Origin: Flavobacteriales bacterium
Lineage (GTDB): Bacteria > Bacteroidota > Bacteroidia > Flavobacteriales_G > JALEGO01
NCBI GenBank assembly: GCA_020629755.1
Contig: JAHDCS010000001.1
Span: forward strand, 72,103 to 136,102
DNA: 64,000 nucleotides
Reading direction: 5' to 3'
The notes beneath the pieces were generated by a model. It ran no database searches. It was not told the origin of the DNA and was given only the letters and a program-made list of their open reading frames with translations. Shown here piece after piece: positions 21,750 to 30,069 of this stretch (position 1 is its first letter; every line of letters begins with the position of its first letter). Made by a program: the position numbers and the translations under genes.

Positions 21750-23036
21750 TTAATCGTATTTTGGGCGTTTAAACCATCTATCGTAAATAGAAGGCGATAA
21801 GGTTAACCCTAATAAAAAATTAATATGCGTTTCACTATAATTGGGTATCGCTGAAGAAAAATCTGCAACTTCTATGCCAAAAAGCAAAGAAGACAACGCT
21901 TTTGATTGTGTAATAAGCGGAATTTGTACGCCAGTTGAATAAAAATTAGTGCGCAAATCGTCGTTTAAAACACGGGTGTACGCCAGTTGCGATCTAAATC
22001 CAAAAAATAAATCGGGCGATTTTAACTCGTTTTTCTGATTTTTCAAACGCACTCTAAAACCCGCGCTAAGCATCTGCTCTGAGGCATAACTGGCAGACGA
22101 GGCAATATGAAGCGCTGTAAAATCTTCAAAAGAATATGAAAAATGAAACGATGCCCGATCATTAATCTGATAGCCCAATGCAACCATTAACATAGAAGGT
22201 ATCTTATTGGTTTTATCATCGAACTCAGTTTCTATTAACGTATCTATAGGTGAGGTAAGACTGGTAAGGTAACTGGTGGCGAAAAAGGTTTCTTTTCGTT
22301 TGAGCGCTTGTTTAAATCGATAATCTAAAGCAAAGGAGAGCTTGCTTTTATTGACCTGTTTATAGCCTTTAAAACCAACTGAGAGCCCCTTTGAGGCGCT
22401 TAATTTCTGAAGTCGTCTTGTATTGTAAGGCAATGTACCTGAAAGCACCGAGACTACCTTTTGTGTCTTATCAATACTTCCAAATAAAGCGCTGTATGTT
22501 AAATTTGGCGCAATAACAAAAGAAGAATCAATCTTTATCTTCTGTGCAAAGGCAATATGAAATCTATTTAACCCTCCACTGCCCCAACTAGAAGTGATGG
22601 CATTTGAAGGATTATTTAAATTTTCATTAGATGTTAAATATCCTACCTGAGTATAAGGATCAAGCCCAAAGGAGAGTGCTGAGCCTGTTTTTTGAATAGG
22701 CAAGGCCAGAAAAGCATGTGCAAATTGGGCATTCTGATTACTGCCACGCACACCGTTTTGAGTAATGTTTTGATTAGACGCATACATCCCCAATGAAAAA
22801 TTGGTGTTCATTAAAAAAGCAGCATCAGATCCATGGGCATATCCCGCCAACTTTTCATCAACTAAACTTTGTGAAGATCCTCCCAAAAAACGGTGAATCA
22901 TATTGCCCGGAAGAGTTCTTAAACCTAACCCATAAGAAGAATAAGGCGAAATGTTTAGGTTCTGAGCATCCCCCCCCATAAAAGCAACGATGCTTAACAA
23001 GAAAACAATTAGGTATTTCGAAGATCTAATGTGCAT
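21750..23036 (-). CDS. Hypothetical outer-membrane beta-barrel protein
   Basis: Signal peptide, alternating beta-strand pattern and an aromatic-rich C-terminus. Confidence 0.5.
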   Translation of the reverse strand: MHIRSSKYLIVFLLSIVAFMGGDAQNLNISPYSSYGLGLRTLPGNMIHRFLGGSSQSLVDEKLAGYAHGSDAAFLMNTNFSLGMYASNQNITQNGVRGSNQNAQFAHAFLALPIQKTGSALSFGLDPYTQVGYLTSNENLNNPSNAITSSWGSGGLNRFHIAFAQKIKIDSSFVIAPNLTYSALFGSIDKTQKVVSVLSGTLPYNTRRLQKLSASKGLSVGFKGYKQVNKSKLSFALDYRFKQALKRKETFFATSYLTSLTSPIDTLIETEFDDKTNKIPSMLMVALGYQINDRASFHFSYSFEDFTALHIASSASYASEQMLSAGFRVRLKNQKNELKSPDLFFGFRSQLAYTRVLNDDLRTNFYSTGVQIPLITQSKALSSLLFGIEVADFSSAIPNYSETHINFLLGLTLSPSIYDRWFKRPKYD

Positions 23037-23761
23037 TTAAGCCCTTTAAGTACAAGATTCTGATCTACAAAGCTCGGGTTTTTTAATACACCATCAAAAT
23101 AAAATGCATCTCCGCCTGTTAAAATAACTTTCTGAATGTTAAAATGTGTGCTGTAATATTCGATGGCTCCGTCTAATTCAAATTTAATCCCCCCTATAAC
23201 ACCGCTTTGAATGGATTCTTTTGTGTTTTGCCCTAATATTTTCGGAAAAAAATTTGTCTTTACCAGTGGCAATTTAGCGGTTTGTGTATGGAGGGATGAA
23301 AACCGCTGATGCACCCCAGGCGAAATGGCGCCGCCCATAAACGCTTTGTCTTGTAAAAGATTGTAGGTTATGCAAGAGCCTATAGTAATTACAAGCGCAT
23401 TGTTTACTTCATATAACAGGTGCGCGCCTAATACAGCAGCCAATCGATCAGAACCAAGCGTTTCTTTGGTTTTGTAATTATTTTTTAGGGGGATGGATGT
23501 TTGTGAATTAAAATGCAAAAAATCGATGTGGTGTTTTTGAAGAAGGCCTGTGATTTTAGGCGCAAATTTAGATACCGCAACAAAAGCGGCAGTTGTGATT
23601 TTATACTGGCTGATTTTTTTTTCAAGCACTTCTATCGCCTTTGAATTAAAAACCGACTCAAGGTCTATTTGGGTGTGCCCTTGAAAGACCGCAATCTTTA
23701 GACTTGTATTTCCGCTATCAATTAAAAGTTGCACAACACAAAAATAGCGCTTTAAAAGCAT
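23009..23761 (-). CDS. coaX: Type III pantothenate kinase
   Basis: N-terminal 'LLIDSGNTSLKIAV' (ASKHA phosphate-1 motif), 'GSDR' and 'TGGDA' motifs. 250 aa. Confidence 0.85.
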   Translation of the reverse strand: MLLKRYFCVVQLLIDSGNTSLKIAVFQGHTQIDLESVFNSKAIEVLEKKISQYKITTAAFVAVSKFAPKITGLLQKHHIDFLHFNSQTSIPLKNNYKTKETLGSDRLAAVLGAHLLYEVNNALVITIGSCITYNLLQDKAFMGGAISPGVHQRFSSLHTQTAKLPLVKTNFFPKILGQNTKESIQSGVIGGIKFELDGAIEYYSTHFNIQKVILTGGDAFYFDGVLKNPSFVDQNLVLKGLKCTLDLRNT

Positions 23762-23813
23762 TTTTTTCTTTGAACTTATTTAGGAATTTTCTTAAGTTTG
23801 CCTCTTCTTAGGC

Positions 23814-23886
23814 GGTGCGGTAGCTCAGTCGGTAGAGCAAAGGACTGAAAATCCTTGTGTCGGGGGTTCGATTCCCTCCCGCACCA
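23814..23886 (+). tRNA. tRNA-Phe (anticodon GAA)
   Basis: Manual cloverleaf: acceptor GGTGCGG/CCGCACC, D-arm GCTC-AGTCGGTA-GAGC, anticodon arm AAGGA-CTGAAAA-TCCTT, T-arm GGGGG-TTCGATT-CCCTC, discriminator A. No encoded CCA. Confidence 0.95.
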
Positions 23887-23890
23887 CATC

Positions 23891-23922
23891 AAAAAAGCCC
23901 AACAACAGTTGGGCTTTTTTTT
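23891..23922 (+). terminator. Rho-independent terminator after tRNA-Phe
   Basis: Stem gcccaac/gttgggc (7 bp), 4-nt loop, then a run of 8 T. Confidence 0.75.
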
Positions 23923-23975
23923 GTTTATGCTCTCGGGAATCTCTCTCCCACAAGCTGGCACAAAGCTCCTTTCTC

Positions 23976-24003
23976 AGTCGCTTCGTCCTCTCCCGCACCA
24001 CAA
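23976..24003 (+). pseudogene. Degenerate copy of the tRNA-Phe 3' end (T-arm/acceptor fragment)
   Basis: 'cttcgtcctctcccgcaccaca' compared with the tRNA's 'gttcgattccctcccgcaccaca'; 13 nt 'ctcccgcaccaca' are identical. A 'ctcagtcg' D-loop-like string sits just upstream. Followed by its own weaker hairpin and T-run (24008..24047). Confidence 0.6.
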
Positions 24004-24121
24004 CTTAAAAACCCAAGTCTTTAAATTTCAAAATCTTGGTTTTTTTATTTGGTGAAAAGAACTTGTTAACTTAAAATCCGCTTAAATACTCTTGAAGGAA
24101 AATCAATTAACTTTGTGCTCT

Positions 24122-25978
24122 ATGAAGTTAATTTACGCACTCATTTTGCTTATTTGTAGTATTGTTTCAATAGGGCAAAATAACTTCTCATTTCTCCAAA
24201 AAAAATATTCATACTACAGCAATCAATATAATTTTGATAGTGCAAACTATTATTTAGATCAGCAAGCCAAGCTCTCTTTGAACAAAGAGGAATTAGGCTT
24301 ATACTTTTTAAACAAAGGAGATTATTTCTTAGATGTTTTAAATTTAGACTCTTCTAAATTTTACCTTGAAAAAGCAGTGTCTAGCCAAATCCATGAGGCT
24401 AGAAAACACGAGACTATGCTTTACCTAGCAAAAGTTTTTGTAAAAGAAGGTAATATTCAGAAAGGAATAGAAAAGTATAAACAAGCCTATGATTTTTCTA
24501 AAGAATTTGCTGACTCACTGCAAATCCAATCCTTACTTTCTCTGGCTTCTGTGTATGTTGATGAATCTAGTTTAGATAGTGCAAAAACCTATGTAAAATA
24601 CCTTAAATCGAAGTTAGATTCTAACAACAAAAATCATGACTTAGCGTCTTATTATGACATACAGTCTGTAATTGCTTTTAGAGATGGGAATTATGATATG
24701 TGCATTGATTATGTAGATAAAAGAGGAAGGGTTAGTAAAAGTATAGGTGATAAAAAAGGGGAGATTGGGGCGCACGCCAAGATTGGAGCTTTGCTTATCA
24801 TGTTGGAACGCCACAACGAGGCAATTCGTTACCTTGAAGAGGCTTCTATAATGGCTAGAGATAGCAAAAGCTCTCAGCTATGGTTAGATATTCAGCTAAA
24901 TTTAGCTGGGGCATATTACTACAAGAAAGAATTTTCAAAGGCATTAGATGGCTATCTTGCTTTAATTCCCGTCTTATCAGATCAAAAACTAGGCTTAGAA
25001 TTAGCTAATTTGTATTCCAATATTGCAGCCTGCTACATTGATTTAGGGAGTACGAAAGAAGGGATTTCTTATTTGAAAAAAGGAATATCGAAGGCAATCC
25101 AAAATGGTGATACTAACCTGCTTGCCTCTCAAAAACATAGCTTGGGTATATATTATATCAAAACTAAAAAGCCCTACCTAGCTATTAAGTCATTCAAAGA
25201 GTCCTTAACATTAGATCCAAGTAATTTGGATTTGCAATCTAAAAATTACAATGCTTTATCTAGGGCTTACAAACTAGAGGGTGATTATCGAATGGCACAT
25301 GAATCCTTAGTCTTACACAAACAACTTTCGGATAGTCTTTTTGATCTACATTCAAGCCAGCAAATCAGCGATATTGAAACTAAATATAGAGTTGCTTTAA
25401 AAGAGGAAGAGAATAAAAAGCTACAAGCTGAGGTCTCTAAACAAAAAGTTGTCAAGCAAAGGGATTATATTTTGAAATGGGGTTTGGTTCTTTTAAGTCT
25501 ATTTTTAGTTGGCTTATTGTACTTTGTTTACAACACAAATAAAATTAAGATACAACAACAGAAAGAAAAGCTAGCATACAGGTTAAAAACACTAGAAGAG
25601 CTTAAAGAGCGTGTAAAACAAAAAAACAACATTGTTAAGCATTTAGAATCTGAAATAAAAGCACATCATAATACGGAAGATTTTGCAAATGAGCTCTTAC
25701 GTAAGATTTCTACAGAAAATGATTGGGGAAAGTTTATCACACAATTTAATTTACTTCATCCAGGCTTTGTTGATACTTTAACAAGTAAATATCAAAAGAT
25801 AACGCCTAATGATGTCCGTATATCTACGTTGGTAAAACTGCAATTGACCGAAAAGGAAATGGCAGAGCTTTTATGTGTGGTTCCAGATGCCGTTAAAAAG
25901 GCAAAGAGTCGTTTGAAAAAGAAATTATCTTTAGGAAAAGGTGAGCCTTTGTTTGAGTACTTAAATTCACTTAATTAA
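24122..25978 (+). CDS. TPR-repeat membrane protein with a C-terminal LuxR/GerE-type HTH (putative regulator)
   Basis: Signal/anchor 'MKLIYALILLICSIVSIG', TPR-like repeats, a TM helix 'WGLVLLSLFLVGLLYFVY', a coiled coil, and C-terminal 'LTEKEMAELLCVVPDAVKKAKSRLKKKL'. Confidence 0.65.
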   Translation: MKLIYALILLICSIVSIGQNNFSFLQKKYSYYSNQYNFDSANYYLDQQAKLSLNKEELGLYFLNKGDYFLDVLNLDSSKFYLEKAVSSQIHEARKHETMLYLAKVFVKEGNIQKGIEKYKQAYDFSKEFADSLQIQSLLSLASVYVDESSLDSAKTYVKYLKSKLDSNNKNHDLASYYDIQSVIAFRDGNYDMCIDYVDKRGRVSKSIGDKKGEIGAHAKIGALLIMLERHNEAIRYLEEASIMARDSKSSQLWLDIQLNLAGAYYYKKEFSKALDGYLALIPVLSDQKLGLELANLYSNIAACYIDLGSTKEGISYLKKGISKAIQNGDTNLLASQKHSLGIYYIKTKKPYLAIKSFKESLTLDPSNLDLQSKNYNALSRAYKLEGDYRMAHESLVLHKQLSDSLFDLHSSQQISDIETKYRVALKEEENKKLQAEVSKQKVVKQRDYILKWGLVLLSLFLVGLLYFVYNTNKIKIQQQKEKLAYRLKTLEELKERVKQKNNIVKHLESEIKAHHNTEDFANELLRKISTENDWGKFITQFNLLHPGFVDTLTSKYQKITPNDVRISTLVKLQLTEKEMAELLCVVPDAVKKAKSRLKKKLSLGKGEPLFEYLNSLN

Positions 25979-26079
25979 TTGACATTCAATTAATTTTAAA
26001 ATGTCCCTTTTTTGTACCTGTTAGTTTTTTTGCGTTGTATTATGATGTGGAGATATTTGTGGTATAAACTCAAATAAAC

Positions 26080-27741
26080 ATGAAGAAAAAATATTATACT
26101 TTATTAATTGCTCTTTCAGTAACAATTACAAGTAATGGAGCTCAGCTCATGGTTCAGGAAAATGGCCCGTCTGGAACTTATGCAAGTATTCAAGGAGCAA
26201 TTAATGCAGCATCAAGTGGAGATGAAATTATTGTATTCAATAGAGCTGGTGGTATTCCATGGGTGGGTGACTTAACCATTAATAAGTCTTTAACAATTAG
26301 GAATGCTGAAGCGGCAGTACGCTTTAAATACCAAGGAGACTTACAAGTGACTTATGTAGCTAATGCAGAAATTAGTATTGTAGGAATGGAAAATAGCTCG
26401 GGCAGGATTTATCCTAGTGGGTCAGGTACAAATTCGCAAAGAACCAAAGTAAATGTCTTTGGCTCAATACTTGGCATGATAGATTTTCATTTTTATGAAA
26501 ATTTCACTCTTAGTGTTTATAATACAATAGTAGATACGGACATAAATCTAGTAAATGGATCTGTTGTAGGATCAGAATGTAAAAGGATTCAAATAGAAGA
26601 ATCTATAGGTACGAATACGCAATCAAGTGCTAATATTTTTATCGTTGGAAATAAACTAGTAACGACTGGGTTTACTAACATATATGTGATGTGTCCCGCT
26701 TATAATATAGACACATTAATTATTCAAAATAATTTTATGCATACAGAGCATATTGGTGTGTTTCTTGACGACCTTACGCCAGGCACTTATATTGATATTT
26801 CTAATAATTCAATTATTGGAAGTAATAGTGCTACTGATGGAATGTACATTAGAGAAGCAAGCTGTATTGGCTTAGTTTTAAATAATGCTATCCAGGGGTA
26901 TTATTCTGATCCCACTTTAGATAACAACTCTTCATCTCTGTATTTTGGATATAATTATTATAATGACGATGACCTATTTGGCATTGTCAATGATGGCACC
27001 AACAATGTATCTTCTTTCACATTATTTGATGAGCCTTTACAAAATACTAGCCCGCTATTTAATGTAGGAAACCCTGCAAATCAATATTTAGATGTTGATT
27101 TAACAAGAAATGATGCAGGGGCTTACGGAGGTTCATATGCTAGAACAAATTTTACTCCTATTGATTCTATTCAAAAACCAGTGGTTTCATTTGTGAAAGC
27201 AAATAGAGTTGTAAATTTTGGAGAAGATTTATCTATAAATTCAATTGGATATAGTTATGCTGGTAATATAGTAGAGGCTGAGTATTTTTGGAATACAGAT
27301 CCAGGCCAGGGAAACGGCAGTACGCTAAGCGCTTTAGATGGAGGTATAGATGAGGCTGTTGAGAAGTTTCAAAACGCTATTCAAACATGGGGTTTAATGC
27401 AAAATAAAAATGTATTGCATATTAGGGTAAAGGATGAGCAAGGAAATTGGAGTAATACCTTTAAAGTAGTTGTTTTTGTTCAAGGCTTAACAACTAGCAT
27501 AGATCTTTTACAAGAAAAGGATTTAAAGATCTACCCAAACCCTTCTGTCGACTTTATCCGTCTTAATAAACCAATAGAAGTGCTAGAAGTAAAAGTGTAT
27601 GATTCCTTTGGTCGTCTTTTTCAAGTATTAGATAAGCAAGCGTCAGCTTGGGATATTTCTTCTTACCCTGCAGGAGTATATTATGTTAACATGCTAACTG
27701 CTAATTATAAACAGGTAACTTTGCCATTCATCAAAAAATAA
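26080..27741 (+). CDS. T9SS type A sorting-domain protein with a right-handed beta-helix-like region
   Basis: Signal peptide. N/I/G-rich repeats typical of parallel beta-helix proteins. C-terminus 'LKIYPNPSVDFIRL...VYDSFGRLF...YPAGVYYV'. Confidence 0.7.
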   Translation: MKKKYYTLLIALSVTITSNGAQLMVQENGPSGTYASIQGAINAASSGDEIIVFNRAGGIPWVGDLTINKSLTIRNAEAAVRFKYQGDLQVTYVANAEISIVGMENSSGRIYPSGSGTNSQRTKVNVFGSILGMIDFHFYENFTLSVYNTIVDTDINLVNGSVVGSECKRIQIEESIGTNTQSSANIFIVGNKLVTTGFTNIYVMCPAYNIDTLIIQNNFMHTEHIGVFLDDLTPGTYIDISNNSIIGSNSATDGMYIREASCIGLVLNNAIQGYYSDPTLDNNSSSLYFGYNYYNDDDLFGIVNDGTNNVSSFTLFDEPLQNTSPLFNVGNPANQYLDVDLTRNDAGAYGGSYARTNFTPIDSIQKPVVSFVKANRVVNFGEDLSINSIGYSYAGNIVEAEYFWNTDPGQGNGSTLSALDGGIDEAVEKFQNAIQTWGLMQNKNVLHIRVKDEQGNWSNTFKVVVFVQGLTTSIDLLQEKDLKIYPNPSVDFIRLNKPIEVLEVKVYDSFGRLFQVLDKQASAWDISSYPAGVYYVNMLTANYKQVTLPFIKK

Positions 27742-27938
27742 AACATGAGAGTATTATTCGTATTGTAATAACATAGGTTTATAAAAAGAGTCATTCGTAT
27801 AGGCAGATATTGAAGTTACCAATAAAACAAAAAGATCCATTTGCTAGAAGAGATTACATGCAAGTTTACAGAGAACTCTCTTCTGCCTCTACTAGTGTAG
27901 ACCTTGGGCGAATGCATAAAAAAGGTGATAAGAACAAG

Positions 27939-28158
27939 ACCCTCTACCTGAAGAGACAAGTAAAAAAGAGTTAACCAAAAACTCTTCTTTTTTAACCTGT
28001 TTACATGCTGCTGTTTTAATATCTTCCTATCTTTGCCACATATTTTTCTTAAATGATCAATGTTACTTTACCTGACTGTTCGGTTCGTTCGTATGAATCG
28101 CCCATCACCCCTTTAGAAATTGCCACCTCTATAAGTGAGGGCTTGGCTAGAAATGTGT
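27939..28158 (+). repeat. Direct repeat copy 1 (~220 bp): terminator + thrS promoter + thrS codons 1-35
   Basis: Aligns without gaps to 29850..30069 (offset 1911 bp), with about 11 mismatches by manual count (~95% identity). Confidence 0.9.
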
Positions 28159-28160
28159 AG
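28053..28160 (+). pseudogene. Truncated thrS 5' fragment (35 codons, then TAG at the repeat junction)
   Basis: Encodes '[35 protein letters not shown]', against the intact ThrS N-terminus '[39 protein letters not shown]'. Confidence 0.9.
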
Positions 28161-28247
28161 CTAAGTAACTATTTAATGGCATTTTACTTCTGTAATTCCT
28201 ATGTTTGTTCTGAAAATACGACAATTTTCGTAATGATATAATGTACT

Positions 28248-29774
28248 ATGCCACTGCCCGTTAACATACAAGATCTTTTATCTGCTAAATCGGTAGAAAG
28301 CGAGCGTATTGAATACAAAGAGGGCTGGAATCCAGATGCTATTTACAGAACCATTTGTGCTTTTGCCAATGACTTTAGCAATATTGGTGGTGGGTATATC
28401 ATTGTGGGAATTGAAGAAAAAGATGGTAACCCTATAAGACCAGTAAAAGGTATTGAAGAACATAAACTCGATCACATTCAGCAACAAATGATTGGGTTTA
28501 ACCACCTCATCAAACCGACCTATCATCCAAAACTGGAGATCGAAGAAGTAGATGGTAAAAAAGTATTGGTGCTTTGGATTCCCGGAGGAGCCAATAGACC
28601 TTATGAAGTGCCCGAACAAGTAACTGCCAAAAAGAAAGCTCCTCATTATTACATCAGACGATACGCCAGTACGGTAAAAGCAGAAAAGCAAGAACAAGAA
28701 GAATTGATTAGTCTAGCCAATCAAGTGCCTTTTGACGATAGAGCAAATACCAAAGCGAGTTTAGATGACATTTCCTTTACGCTACTTAAAGAACATCTTA
28801 GACTTACCAAAAGTAAATTACTGAACTGGGTAGAGGAGAAGCCAAAAGCTGAGGTGTTAGAGCAAATGGAATTGCTGTTTGGGCCTCCAGAACAATCGTT
28901 TCCAAGAAATGTAGCTTTGATGCTGTTTTGTGAACAGCCAGAACGTTTCTTTCCATACAGTAGAGTAGAGATTGTGTTTTTCCCAAAAGGAGCAGCTGAT
29001 CCAGAATTTAGAGAAATTCCAGCTATTAGTGGAACCGTGCCCAAAATGATCAAAGAGACCCTGAGTTATTTGCGTACGCATGTATTGGAAGAACACATCA
29101 AAAAAGTGCCCAATCAACCCGAAGCCATACGTGTTTGGAATTATCCTTATGCGGCATTAGAGGAGGCGGTAGCCAATGCCTTATATCACAGAGATTATTT
29201 GGTAAGGGAACCGGTAGAAATTCGCATTTACCCAGACAGCATCACCATTTTAAATTATGGAGGACCAGACCGATCCATCAAGCCCGAAGCATTTCAGAAA
29301 GGCGTGATTAAACCGAGGCGTTATCGCAATAGAAGGTTGGGTGATTTTTTGAAAGAGTTAGATCTTACTGAAGGTAGAGCAACCGGTATTCCCATCATTA
29401 GAAAAGCACTTGCCGAAAATGGTTCTCCTGAAGCGTTTTTTGATACCGATGATGATAGAAGTTTCTTTGAAACAACTCTTTTCATACACGAAACTTTTAA
29501 AAATGCTGTTTCTAAGAATGAACCAAGGGTCGGAGAAAAGGTCGGAGAAAAGGTCGGAGAAAAGGTCGGAGAAAAGGTCGGAGAAAAAATAACCGAGAAT
29601 CAGCAAAAAATTCTAGCGATCATCAAAGAAAACCCCCACGCGTCAGCTAAGCAAATGGCTGGAATTATAGGGATTTCAGATCGAAAAATAGAGAAGAATA
29701 TTGCCACGTTAAAGCAAATGCAATTTATTAGACGAGTAGGTCCAGCTAAAGGCGGCTACTGGGAGATTGTATAA
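28248..29774 (+). CDS. AlbA_2 (Schlafen-like divergent AAA) + HATPase_c_4 + C-terminal winged-HTH protein ('RecG-like putative DNA-binding/ATP-binding protein')
   Basis: N-terminus 'ESERIEYKEGWNPDAIYRTICAFANDFSNIGGGYIIVGIEEKDG' matches the AlbA_2 signature. 'ALEEAVANALYHRDY' matches the HATPase_c_4 signature. C-terminal 'ILAIIKENPHASAKQMAGIIGISDRKIEKNIATLKQMQFIRRVGPAKGGYWEI' is a wHTH. Confidence 0.8.
   Translation: MPLPVNIQDLLSAKSVESERIEYKEGWNPDAIYRTICAFANDFSNIGGGYIIVGIEEKDGNPIRPVKGIEEHKLDHIQQQMIGFNHLIKPTYHPKLEIEEVDGKKVLVLWIPGGANRPYEVPEQVTAKKKAPHYYIRRYASTVKAEKQEQEELISLANQVPFDDRANTKASLDDISFTLLKEHLRLTKSKLLNWVEEKPKAEVLEQMELLFGPPEQSFPRNVALMLFCEQPERFFPYSRVEIVFFPKGAADPEFREIPAISGTVPKMIKETLSYLRTHVLEEHIKKVPNQPEAIRVWNYPYAALEEAVANALYHRDYLVREPVEIRIYPDSITILNYGGPDRSIKPEAFQKGVIKPRRYRNRRLGDFLKELDLTEGRATGIPIIRKALAENGSPEAFFDTDDDRSFFETTLFIHETFKNAVSKNEPRVGEKVGEKVGEKVGEKVGEKITENQQKILAIIKENPHASAKQMAGIIGISDRKIEKNIATLKQMQFIRRVGPAKGGYWEIV
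29528..29587 (+). repeat. Perfect 12-bp x 5 tandem repeat (ggtcggagaaaa) encoding (VGEK)5 inside the AlbA_2 gene
   Basis: Five identical head-to-tail 12-mers were read directly. They are in frame, between the ATPase-like region and the wHTH. Confidence 0.95.
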
Positions 29775-29849
29775 AAAGCATCGAATTCAATGCTATTAAA
29801 CATCAGGCCATTCCCCTAAAGCTTTTTGTAACCTTTTGTTTGCAATTCC

Positions 29850-30069
29850 ACCCTCTACCTGAAAGGACAAGTAAAAAAGAGTTAGCCAAAAACTCTTCTT
29901 TTTTAATCTGTTTATATGCTGCTGTTTTAATATCTTCCTATCTTTGCTACATATTTTTCTTAAATGATCAATGTTACTTTACCCGACGGTTCGGTTCGTT
30001 CGTATGAATCGCCCATCACCCCTTTAGAAATTGCCACCTCGATAAGTGAAGGCTTGGCTAGAAACGTGT
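29850..30069 (+). repeat. Direct repeat copy 2 (~220 bp), contiguous with intact thrS
   Basis: See copy 1. Contains hairpin terminator 29877..29905, -7 box 29939..29946 and the thrS start at 29964. Confidence 0.9.
29939..29946 (+). promoter_or_regulatory. Bacteroidota sigma-A -7 box (TATCTTTG = TAnnTTTG) for thrS; duplicated at 28028..28035
   Basis: Matches the TAnnTTTG consensus 17 nt upstream of the thrS ATG. An identical box lies in repeat copy 1. Confidence 0.55.

Larger units (their letters stand above)
28159..29849 (+). mobile_element. Putative single-gene insertion cassette bracketed by the 220-bp thrS-5' direct repeats (no recombinase present)
   Basis: This is the unique DNA between the two repeat copies. 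It carries only the AlbA_2/HATPase_c_4/wHTH gene. Mobility is inferred from the repeat structure alone. Confidence 0.4.

Noticed and set aside
23776-24055. ORFs 23776..23961 (-) and 23855..24055 (+)
   Set aside because: They are read through tRNA-Phe, its terminator and the tRNA-fragment region. They are artefacts of the structured RNA sequence.
29358-29606. Antisense ORF with an 'SDLF' x4 repeat, and the idea that the 12-bp repeat could be a CRISPR or other array
   Set aside because: The repeat is the reverse complement of the in-frame (VGEK)5 microsatellite in the well-supported AlbA_2 gene. The units are contiguous with no spacers, so this is not a CRISPR.
24092-29850. Search for an integrase, transposase, IS element or toxin-antitoxin genes in the accessory segment between tRNA-Phe and thrS
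   Set aside because: No ORF there, or anywhere in the window, shows recombinase (R..H..R..Y), DDE or serine-recombinase motifs. Mobility therefore remains an inference from repeat structure only.
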